A stretch of 64,000 nucleotides of DNA from NCBI GenBank assembly GCA_965229715.1, contig CBDDJL010000001.1, positions 138,725 to 202,724 on the forward strand. Direction: 5' to 3'. Shown here one piece after another: positions 36,088 through 44,220 of the stretch; within the stretch, counting starts at the first letter, position 1, and every line of letters starts with the position of its first letter. The DNA is from Rhodospirillales bacterium. GTDB taxonomy: Bacteria; Pseudomonadota; Alphaproteobacteria; Rhodospirillales; Casp-alpha2. The notes below the pieces were generated by a model. That model saw only the letters and a program-made list of their open reading frames with translations, was not told where the DNA came from and ran no database searches. Position numbers and translations under genes: made by a program.

Positions 36088-37158
36088 TCAGTTGCCCCCG
36101 TGCCCATCGGCAAGATCGGGCTTTACGACGACTTGCTGGAACGCGGATAGCCTGCCGGCTGCCGCTGCCAGTGCGGCCTCGATCTCGGCCAGCGCGTAGA
36201 CCTTGCTCTCGATACGATCGACAGGCAGTTGCCCGGATTCAATCAATCTCACAAGCAGCGACGGTGTCGACCGTGGAAACCAGAAAGAGCCGTGAACAGC
36301 GAGATTCTTCGTTACGAGTCCGGCGGCACGGGGCGCCGGGTCCAGGCTCGCGAGAATAACGACGGATCCCCGCGGCCGAAGGCTCGGAATACAGCTCTCG
36401 ACGAGCTCCGGGCCGCCTGCTGCCGCGCAACTCATGACCAGATCGACCGAGGACGCCGGTGGCGGATCGGTCGAAACGACCACACGCGGGTCGACGGCTG
36501 CGAGCGGGGCCAGCTTGGAGGTGCTTCGGCCAAGCGCGAATACTTGGGAAGCGCCCATTGCCAGGGCGAGGAGAACGGCGCCGGAACCCAGCACGCCATT
36601 TGCTCCGGTGACCGCAACCGCCCCGCCAGCTTGAAAGCCGGAACACGTGAAAGCGGAATGGGCTGTCCCAAACCAGCCCAACCGGCAAAGCGTCTCCATC
36701 GACGTCTTCTCAAGCGCCGGCTCGATACTCGTGACGCATTCCGCGGGAAGCCTGACATGAGTGGCCAGGGTTCCATCGGCGTAGCGTGAGAAAATACGCT
36801 GACCTGCTCCGGAAACAGCAAAACACCCGACGAAGGCACTATCGAACCTCTCGCCATTGGCCATGGTGCTAACGTAGGAATCACAGTATACGCGGGTGCC
36901 TACCGACACATTGTGCACGTTCTCGCCAACAGCCTCGACCGTTCCCGTGGCCTCACTGCCTGGGGTGAACGGCCTTGGGGGTGTCTCGAAGCCGCCGGAC
37001 CCGTCGATCAGGGATGAGAGATATGACGTCACCATCGTCGCCTCGACACGAACCAGCAGATCGTCGCTTCCCAGCGTGGGAGGGTCGCAGTCCTCGACGC
37101 TGGGCGAGGCTTGCCCGGGATTGAGACGCATGGCTCTCATCGATGTCATCCTACTCAC
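36088..37158 (-). CDS. Medium-chain (zinc-type/quinone oxidoreductase-like) dehydrogenase/reductase
   Basis: GSEATGTVEAVGENVHNVSVGTRVY and the Rossmann motif VAVTGANGVLGSGAVLLALAMG. Several candidate Met starts lie in the first 10 codons. Confidence 0.75.
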   Translation of the reverse strand: MSRMTSMRAMRLNPGQASPSVEDCDPPTLGSDDLLVRVEATMVTSYLSSLIDGSGGFETPPRPFTPGSEATGTVEAVGENVHNVSVGTRVYCDSYVSTMANGERFDSAFVGCFAVSGAGQRIFSRYADGTLATHVRLPAECVTSIEPALEKTSMETLCRLGWFGTAHSAFTCSGFQAGGAVAVTGANGVLGSGAVLLALAMGASQVFALGRSTSKLAPLAAVDPRVVVSTDPPPASSVDLVMSCAAAGGPELVESCIPSLRPRGSVVILASLDPAPRAAGLVTKNLAVHGSFWFPRSTPSLLVRLIESGQLPVDRIESKVYALAEIEAALAAAAGRLSAFQQVVVKPDLADGHGGN

Positions 37159-37171
37159 GATCCGACAGCAA

Positions 37172-37192
37172 GATTTTCTTCTAGAGAAAAAT
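37172..37192. promoter_or_regulatory. Island operator-like palindrome, site B (GATTTTCT-TCTAG-AGAAAAAT)
   Basis: Lies in the divergent region between the MDR gene (-) and the flavoenzyme gene (+). Confidence 0.55.
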
Positions 37193-37268
37193 TATTTGCA
37201 CACGAGGAAGACGTCAAATACTTTTGAATCGCATTGTGCATCGACCGGGGTGATCGAAAGACAAGCTC

Positions 37269-39227
37269 ATGAGCAAGCAGTTCCCGTCAGTGTTCGAACC
37301 GCTTGAAATTAGGGGGAAGCCTTTCAAGAACCGCTTCTTCATGGCCGCGCACGGCACGGGATACGCTGAAGAGGGTGGCGTTGGCCCGGCGCAGCTCGCC
37401 TACTTTGAAGAGCGTCTCAAGAACGATATCGCCCTCTTGATCAGTGAGGCATCCCCGGTAACGCCGCTGCCGGGCATGAAGTATCGACTGCTGAATGCGT
37501 CGTCGGACGATTGCATTCCCGGCTACGAGAAAGTCGCCGAGATGTGTCACCGCTACGGTGCGCGGTACTTCGTTCAGTTGTTCGAGTATGGCCGCGCCAT
37601 GGGCCACTCACTGGATGGCAGCAAGCAGATCGTGCTCGGGCCGTCGGCTGAACCCGACGAACGCTACCACACCACGCCTCGAATGCTCTCGATCACGGAG
37701 ATCGAAACACTGGTTACCCGTTTCGGGGAAGCAGCGAGCCGCGCCTATCGCGCCGGTGCCGACGGGGTCGAGATTCTGGTGGGGATGGGGTACCTGCATT
37801 CCCAGTTCCTGAGCCCTCGCGTCAATACGCGAACGGATCGTTACGGAGGAAGTCCTGAGGCACGTGTCCGGTTTCTCGATGAAACCCTGCAGTCGATGCG
37901 GGCATCCACCGACGATGACTTCATCATCGGTATTCGGATCGCCGGCGAAGAGGGCGACCCCGACGGTTTGCGGATCGGAGATACCCTGGAGGCCTGCAAG
38001 GCCCTCGACCGTGACGGTCGTGTCGACTTCGTCAATATCTGTGTTGGCGGCACCCATACCCTGACGGGAACGGCCATGATCGTCCCGCCGATGTTCGAGC
38101 AAACGGCACTGTCGCTGCCCCACGCAAGTATGGTCCGGGAAGCGGTATCGGTGCCCGTCCTAACGGCCGGCCGGATCAATCAGCCGCAGGATGCTGAACG
38201 CGCAGTGCGCGATGGCAGCGCCGACATGATCGGGCTGGTCCGGGCGTTGATTGCAGACCCAAAGTTCGTATCGAAAGCTGCTGCTGACGAACCTGATGAG
38301 ATTCGCGCCTGCATCGCCTGCAATCAGGCGTGTATTGGTCATCGCCCTGCGGGATTTGGTGTTTCGTGCATTCAATACCCGGAAACAGGGCGCGAGGCGC
38401 AATACGCGCAGAAGAAGACCGTCGAGACACCGCGCAAAATCATGGTTGTAGGTGGTGGACCAGGGGGCATGAAAGCGGCCGTCGTCGCAGCGGAACGTGG
38501 GCACGACGTTACCCTGTTTGAGAAATCCACAAAGCTTGGCGGTCAGGCACTGCTTGCTCAGGCATTGCCGGGCCGCGCTGAGTTCGGTGGGCTGGTTACA
38601 AACCTGATGACCGAGATTCGACGCTTCGGCGTCTCAGTGAAACTGAACACCGAGGTTTTGCGCGAGTTCATTGAGCAACAAAGCCCAGACGCCGTGATTG
38701 TGGCAACTGGGTCACGGCCTAGGATACCTGTCGGAGAGTTTGAGGGCGCACACATGGTGACATCACAGGACGTCATCGAGGGGCGCGTTAATGTTGGCAA
38801 AAGCGTAGTCATTGCCGATTGGGCCTGCGACTGGGCGGGTCTCGGACTCGCTGAGATGCTCGCGAGTGACGGATGTTCGGTTAAGCTCTGCGTCAATGGC
38901 GAGATGGCGGGGCAATCAATTCAGTCGTACGTCAGAACCATTTGGGCGGGCCGCTTGCATCGTCTAGGTGTCCAAATCCTCCCGCTCGTCCGATTGTTTG
39001 GCGCGGACGCCGATACGGTCTACTTCCAGCACGTCATGTCGGGAGAACCCGTGATCTGCGAGTCTGTTGATACGTTGGTTCTCTCGTATGGAAATGTCAG
39101 CGAGAACAAGCTCTACGATGAACTCGTCGGTGGACCAATTGATGTTCACGGCATCGGCGATTGCATGAGTCCGCGAACCGCCGAAGAGGCAGTTCTTGAA
39201 GGCCTCAAGGCCGGCGCTTCGGTCTGA
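37269..39227 (+). CDS. OYE-like FMN + [4Fe-4S] + FAD/NAD(P) oxidoreductase, paralogue of 16153-18114
   Basis: MSKQFPSVFEPLEIRGKPFKNRFFMAAH, CIACNQACIGH and IMVVGGGPGGMKAAVVAAERGHDVTLFEKSTKLGGQ. Collinear with the 16.1-kb paralogue along its whole length. Confidence 0.85.
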   Translation: MSKQFPSVFEPLEIRGKPFKNRFFMAAHGTGYAEEGGVGPAQLAYFEERLKNDIALLISEASPVTPLPGMKYRLLNASSDDCIPGYEKVAEMCHRYGARYFVQLFEYGRAMGHSLDGSKQIVLGPSAEPDERYHTTPRMLSITEIETLVTRFGEAASRAYRAGADGVEILVGMGYLHSQFLSPRVNTRTDRYGGSPEARVRFLDETLQSMRASTDDDFIIGIRIAGEEGDPDGLRIGDTLEACKALDRDGRVDFVNICVGGTHTLTGTAMIVPPMFEQTALSLPHASMVREAVSVPVLTAGRINQPQDAERAVRDGSADMIGLVRALIADPKFVSKAAADEPDEIRACIACNQACIGHRPAGFGVSCIQYPETGREAQYAQKKTVETPRKIMVVGGGPGGMKAAVVAAERGHDVTLFEKSTKLGGQALLAQALPGRAEFGGLVTNLMTEIRRFGVSVKLNTEVLREFIEQQSPDAVIVATGSRPRIPVGEFEGAHMVTSQDVIEGRVNVGKSVVIADWACDWAGLGLAEMLASDGCSVKLCVNGEMAGQSIQSYVRTIWAGRLHRLGVQILPLVRLFGADADTVYFQHVMSGEPVICESVDTLVLSYGNVSENKLYDELVGGPIDVHGIGDCMSPRTAEEAVLEGLKAGASV

Positions 39228-39639
39228 TCGGGTGTGCATTTGATCGCCTGTCCGTCCAGCTGTTCGATCATGCCCCTCGTGAGAGCTGGGCGGGGACCAG
39301 AGGGAAAAGAAGGACTCGGCATCCGATGAGGTCTGGCGCCACGCTTGATTCCTGTCCTCATTGCCAGTCGGCTGTAGACCAGGACGGATTTTTTGTTTGT
39401 TCGTCGTGCGGGAGGGTCTGTTGCGATGCTTGTGCCATCCATCTTCGCCATGGATCGCCGCATCTCTGCGACCTCCCGATGCTCGCCTGCCCGACATGCG
39501 ACCGCGCCACCCTCGAACCCGTCACGAAACCCGAGACGAACGTCTCACCTGGCTGACAGGGACGACGCAGCATGCCGCCAACACCCCATCCGAAGATTCG
39601 TCCTCCGAGAGATAAGAACTACGTCTGACATGTTGGCAT

Positions 39640-39709
39640 GTCCGCTAGTGGCTACTAGCGGACAATTTCTGAGGAGGCGCTGAACGTCCGCTAATAGCCA
39701 CGAGCAGAC
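39640..39709. repeat. REP-like intergenic repeat unit with a perfect 10-bp-stem hairpin
   Basis: Hairpin GTCCGCTAGT-ggct-ACTAGCGGAC at 39640-39663. Positions 39649-39699 recur as an exact inverted copy at 57850-57900. TAGCCACGAGCAGAC (39695-39709) recurs directly at 40905-40919. Confidence 0.8.
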
Positions 39710-39711
39710 GT

Positions 39712-40638
39712 CTATTGTTTAACGGACGCGGGTAAACTTGATGGCGATGCCCGGTTAAGAGCAACTTCCATCATACCCGCAATAACAATCAGCGAGGCGC
39801 CGACTGCCTGTGGCCAACCGAATGTTTCGTCCGTCAGCAATGCCGCGCTGATGACTCCGACAACAAGCTCCGACAAGATCAGAATGCCGAACACGCCAGT
39901 CCCTATCTTCGAAGGAGACCAGAATATCAGCGCAGTTGTGGGCAGCACGAAAAACAATGAGATGCCGAGCAGGAATGGAAGGCTGGAAACAGTTTGGTCC
40001 AGCGTGGGGATGTTTCCGATCGAGCCAGACAGTATTGGGTACTGATATATGGTCGCAATCAACCCGAAGACGATGACCATAAAGAGCAACGGAAACACGC
40101 CTTCCGGTTGCTCGACTTCGGTACGCGCGGCTCCCGCAGCGACCAAGAATCCAGCCAATAAACCGAACCAGTCACCAAGGTAGATAGGAAACGGGACGCC
40201 CGCCTCTGTTCCAACCGCAATCCACACACCCGCAAGCGCAATGCTGACCGTCGCGATCCGTGACCATCCCAGTCGTCTTTTGAGACAGACAACTTCGATC
40301 AGCGTGGCCCAAAACGGGGTCAGATAGAAAAACACAAGGGCCCGGATAACTTCCGTCACCAGAACGGAGTTTGCATAGAAGATCGCCCCGCTGCCCAACA
40401 ACAGTCCGCAAACCCAGTGCCGCAATCCGATTTCCCGGCCTTTCCAGAGCCGCCACGCCGCGACTGGCAGAAGAACGGCGAGGGAGATGATGTATTGCGC
40501 GACTGTTCCCCATCCGCCCGTCATTCCGGCATCGAGCAACCAGCGTTGCGGCAACCAGTACAACCCCCAGGCTCCGGCAGACACAAAGAGGAAAAAGCAA
40601 ATTGTTAGGTAGCGAGGATGACGCATGCGCGATTCCAA
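39712..40638 (-). CDS. DMT-superfamily (EamA-like) transporter, ~10 TM
   Basis: The 308-aa sequence is hydrophobic throughout, with two internally similar halves typical of EamA repeats. Confidence 0.7.
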   Translation of the reverse strand: MESRMRHPRYLTICFFLFVSAGAWGLYWLPQRWLLDAGMTGGWGTVAQYIISLAVLLPVAAWRLWKGREIGLRHWVCGLLLGSGAIFYANSVLVTEVIRALVFFYLTPFWATLIEVVCLKRRLGWSRIATVSIALAGVWIAVGTEAGVPFPIYLGDWFGLLAGFLVAAGAARTEVEQPEGVFPLLFMVIVFGLIATIYQYPILSGSIGNIPTLDQTVSSLPFLLGISLFFVLPTTALIFWSPSKIGTGVFGILILSELVVGVISAALLTDETFGWPQAVGASLIVIAGMMEVALNRASPSSLPASVKQ

Positions 40639-40904
40639 TAGGGCGCCATGCGCCCCAATCGACTGGTGACGTAGGGGCTCTGTAGCATGTGGATTTCGTC
40701 AACGTAAGCTCAGATGACGCATTCAAATCGACGGTCAAGTCGTCCCCCACGGGTCATCCTACGACATTCAGTGCCATCCCGGCACTGGTCTGCTGCTGGC
40801 AGGTGAACGGTCGCTGAACTCCGGAAATCCGTGCGGCCGTGCAATCAGGTCGGCTTAGGCTCCTATACCGGACGCAATGTGACAACGGCGAAGTGGTCGC
40901 GGTT

Positions 40905-40919
40905 TAGCCACGAGCAGAC
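40905..40919. repeat. Partial copy of the REP-like repeat (TAGCCACGAGCAGAC)
   Basis: Exact 15-nt direct repeat of 39695-39709. Together the two copies flank the DMT transporter gene. Confidence 0.6.
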
Positions 40920-40954
40920 ATTTGCTCTGAAGTGCCTAGGGCGACAGAGTGTTG

Positions 40955-42391
40955 CTACGAAGACAAGCCGCTAACTTGTGCTGACTCGGCATCGAAGTTA
41001 TTGGCATTTGTCTTTTCAAGTGCTCTCCCAATTCGCAGCGCCCGTGCGTCCTCGAAGCGGCGGACGGCGATCTGTATTCCGGTAGGCAATCTCGATGCAG
41101 TTCGGCCGATCGGCACGGTGAGAGCGGCGAGGTCCAGGAAATTAACGATGCGGCCGAAATGGTTCGGCGGCTCGTTCTCATCGACATCTCGGAGCGGCGG
41201 CGGATTTCTGTGACTGCCGGGCAGGAGGATCGCGTCCATCCCCCGGATGCTGTCATGAAAAAGCACCTGGGCCTGCCGCCGCTCCTCCAGAACGTTCTCG
41301 TACCGCTCGCCGGAGATGTCCTTACCGCGCAGGATGCGCTCGCGAATGACCGGATCGACAAGATCCAAGTGTTCTTCGACGTAGCGGCCCAGATGCAGAT
41401 ATGCCTCGACACTCATGATGTCGCCGCCACCGGTCAGATAGGATTCGATCGGCAGAGGTAGCCGAATTTCCTCGACATCGCCGCCGAGTTGCACAACTTC
41501 GTTCACGGCATTGTCGAACGCAGCTCTTACCTCAGCGTTCATTCCACTCATGTCACCTTCACCAAGAACACCGAACCGGAAACCCTCGATGCCATCTTCG
41601 ATTCCGTTGATGAAGTCCACACTCGGACTTTCCGACGTCTCAGGATCGTGATCGTCCGGACCGGCAATAGTCTCCATCATCAATGCAGCGTCCCGGACAG
41701 AACGAGCCATCGGGCCGACCGTGTCATGGGTTGGGCAGAGCGGTACCACGCCGCCCCGGCCGACCAGGCCGCGTGAGGTCTTCAGGCCGACGATGCCGCA
41801 CCAGGCAGCAGGCGTCCGGATCGAGCCGCCGGTATCCGTGCCAAGCGCGGCCGGAACCAGGCCGGCGGCGATCGCGACGGCCGACCCGCTGCTCGACCCG
41901 CCAGGCACGATGCGATCGTCCACGCCCCAGGGATTGACCGGTGTTCCTTTGACGGGATTGGTACCCCACCCGCCGAACGCGAACTCGACCATGTTCGTTT
42001 TGCCGAGAACGATCATGCCGGCCGCTTCCAAGCGAACAACGGCATTGGCGGAAACCGTCGGGTGCCGGTCCGTCAACGCGTTGGAACCCGCACTCGTGGA
42101 ATGGCCCGCGTAGTCGAAGATGTCCTTGATGGCGACGGGAACGCCATGCAGCTTCCCGAGTGTGTGTCCGGCAGCGCGCATCTCGTCCAACCTCGAGGCT
42201 CTCTCTCTCGCGTCACTCGAAAACACAGAAGCGAAGGCATCCAGTTTTGGGTTGAGTTGCTCAATTCTGGAAAGATACCAGTCGACCAGTTCGACGGATG
42301 AGGTTTCGCCGCGCGAAAGGCGATCGGCGAGGGCTTCCACGGTTTGATCAGTTGGGTTCATCGACATTCGACCAGTGTAGCCACGATCCAT
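40955..42391 (-). CDS. Amidase-signature family amidase (GatA-like)
   Basis: AS signature PGGSSSGSAVAIAAGLVPAALGTDTGGSIRTPAAWCGIVGLKTSRG. Confidence 0.9.
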   Translation of the reverse strand: MDRGYTGRMSMNPTDQTVEALADRLSRGETSSVELVDWYLSRIEQLNPKLDAFASVFSSDARERASRLDEMRAAGHTLGKLHGVPVAIKDIFDYAGHSTSAGSNALTDRHPTVSANAVVRLEAAGMIVLGKTNMVEFAFGGWGTNPVKGTPVNPWGVDDRIVPGGSSSGSAVAIAAGLVPAALGTDTGGSIRTPAAWCGIVGLKTSRGLVGRGGVVPLCPTHDTVGPMARSVRDAALMMETIAGPDDHDPETSESPSVDFINGIEDGIEGFRFGVLGEGDMSGMNAEVRAAFDNAVNEVVQLGGDVEEIRLPLPIESYLTGGGDIMSVEAYLHLGRYVEEHLDLVDPVIRERILRGKDISGERYENVLEERRQAQVLFHDSIRGMDAILLPGSHRNPPPLRDVDENEPPNHFGRIVNFLDLAALTVPIGRTASRLPTGIQIAVRRFEDARALRIGRALEKTNANNFDAESAQVSGLSS

Positions 42392-42442
42392 GCGGTACGC
42401 GCGTCGAATGCAGTTTTGCCGGCTTCCAACATTTTCAACGCC

Positions 42443-42484
42443 AAAAAAGAAGGCGGGCGCCAGGAAACAAACCTGGCACCCGCC
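42443..42484 (-). terminator. Rho-independent terminator downstream of the SBP gene (minus strand)
   Basis: On the minus strand: GGCGGGTGCCAGG-tttgttt-CCTGGCGCCCGCC (13-bp stem, one mismatch), followed by TTCTTTTTTGG. Confidence 0.75.
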
Positions 42485-42500
42485 TCAATCGACAGGGAGA

Positions 42501-44204
42501 TTATGCGAACCACCAGCGTTCGACGGCACGCGCGCCATCGAATTGCCAGTTGGCGGAAAGCCCCGGTCCGTGCTGCACTTTGGTGCTACGCAGATACACA
42601 AGGTTGCGGAACGCGGGAATCACCGCACTGCCTTCATCCTTCAGGATGATCTGCATTTCCCGGTACATTTCGGCTCGGAGATTTTTATCCGTCTCACCGC
42701 GGGCCGCGACGAGCAATTCATTGAACCGCTCGTGACTGAACTTGGAGTCGTTCCACGGCGCACCTTCCGCGTAGGCTGTCGTGAACATGACATCTGCGGT
42801 TGGCCGCCCACCCCAGTTGACGGTGCAAAACGGCTTCACATTCCAGACGTCCGACCAGTAGCCATCGCCAGGTTCCTTGACGACGTTGATGTTGATGCCC
42901 GCCTTCTTGGCGTGCTCTTTATAGAGAATAGCCGTATCTACGTTGCCTGCGCCGCCGGCATCGGAAGTGTGCAACGATACCGATAATTCTTCCATGCCCG
43001 CCTTCTTGAGGTGATGCTTGGCGCGATCAGGATCGTAGGTGCGCTGTTCGAGTTCGGAATAGTATTGAATCACCGGCGAGATCGGATGATCGTTTCCGAC
43101 AGTACCGTAGCCTGTAAGGACCTTGTCGACGATTTCGTCGCGGTCGATTCCGAACTTCATGGCGAGTCGGACGTCCGGATTGTCGAACGGTGCGACGTTC
43201 ATGTGCATGGGCAAACTGGTGTGGGCCCAACTGGTGACATTGTCCACTTCGACCTCGTCGAGTTCAGCCATTCGTCCGACCGTGCGGAGCTCCGGTTGGT
43301 CGATGGCATCGACGTCGCCAGTTCGAAGTGCGGTTTGACGGGCATTAGCATCGGCGAGGAGGAGCAACTCGGCCTCGTCGAAGTGAGCGCGGCCTTCTTT
43401 CCAGTAATTCGGGTTGCGCTCGAGAAGAGAACGGATGCCCGGCTCGAACTCCTTCAGAACATAGGCTCCCGTGCCCACACCGCTTTGCCACTCGACGTTG
43501 CCATCGCCGTCACTTGGCAGGATGTTCACGTGATAGTCGGTGAACAGGTAAGGGAAGTCGGCGTTGGCCGATTCCAACGTTACAGAAAAGTCGTTGTCGC
43601 CATCCTTCTTGATTTCTTTGATCGCTGCCAGCAGCGACTTTGCAGGCGACGAAGAGCTCTCGCCGCGATGCGAGTTGATCGAGTCGACCACATCCGACGC
43701 AGTCATGGTTTTACCGTTATGAAACTCGACGCCCTTGCGGAGCTTGAATCGCCAATGGGTCGCGCCGTCGGACGCTTCCCAGCTTTCCGCCAGTTCAGGC
43801 ACCAACGTGTTGTCCGGAGCAATTTCGCTCAAATAGTTCCGCGTGGAATGGTTCTGAACGATCATGAACATCGAGGATGTGGTTTGCGGATCGAGCGAGT
43901 CGTTCGTCGCGCCGTCATTGATGCCCATTCTAAAGCGGCCACCCTTTTTCGCGGCCATCGCCTGCTTCGGCAGAAGTGTCTGAGCCGCGGTGAGAGAAAC
44001 CCCCATTGAAGCGGCACCCGCGAGGAACCCTCGCCGGTCCAGATTGCCGGTGTGAAAGGCGCCGACCAGGTCGTTTTTCAGATTTGTCATGTCGTCTCGT
44101 GCCATTCTTTCGTCTCCCATCCTGGATACAGTCCGAAATCCTTTTCGGCCGTTTTCAGTCGCTTGCTTCGCGACAGAAACTGTTGTCTCCGGGCGGTACG
44201 GCAT
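42501..44204 (-). CDS. ABC-transporter substrate-binding protein, family 5, Tat-type signal (second copy)
   Basis: LDRRGFLAGAASMGVSLTAAQTLLPKQAMA leader, with a body collinear with the 22.7-kb SBP. Possible starts are ATG 44204, 44120, 44105 or 44090. Confidence 0.8.
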   Translation of the reverse strand: MPYRPETTVSVAKQATENGRKGFRTVSRMGDERMARDDMTNLKNDLVGAFHTGNLDRRGFLAGAASMGVSLTAAQTLLPKQAMAAKKGGRFRMGINDGATNDSLDPQTTSSMFMIVQNHSTRNYLSEIAPDNTLVPELAESWEASDGATHWRFKLRKGVEFHNGKTMTASDVVDSINSHRGESSSSPAKSLLAAIKEIKKDGDNDFSVTLESANADFPYLFTDYHVNILPSDGDGNVEWQSGVGTGAYVLKEFEPGIRSLLERNPNYWKEGRAHFDEAELLLLADANARQTALRTGDVDAIDQPELRTVGRMAELDEVEVDNVTSWAHTSLPMHMNVAPFDNPDVRLAMKFGIDRDEIVDKVLTGYGTVGNDHPISPVIQYYSELEQRTYDPDRAKHHLKKAGMEELSVSLHTSDAGGAGNVDTAILYKEHAKKAGININVVKEPGDGYWSDVWNVKPFCTVNWGGRPTADVMFTTAYAEGAPWNDSKFSHERFNELLVAARGETDKNLRAEMYREMQIILKDEGSAVIPAFRNLVYLRSTKVQHGPGLSANWQFDGARAVERWWFA

Positions 44205-44220
44205 CGGGACGTCACGTCGA

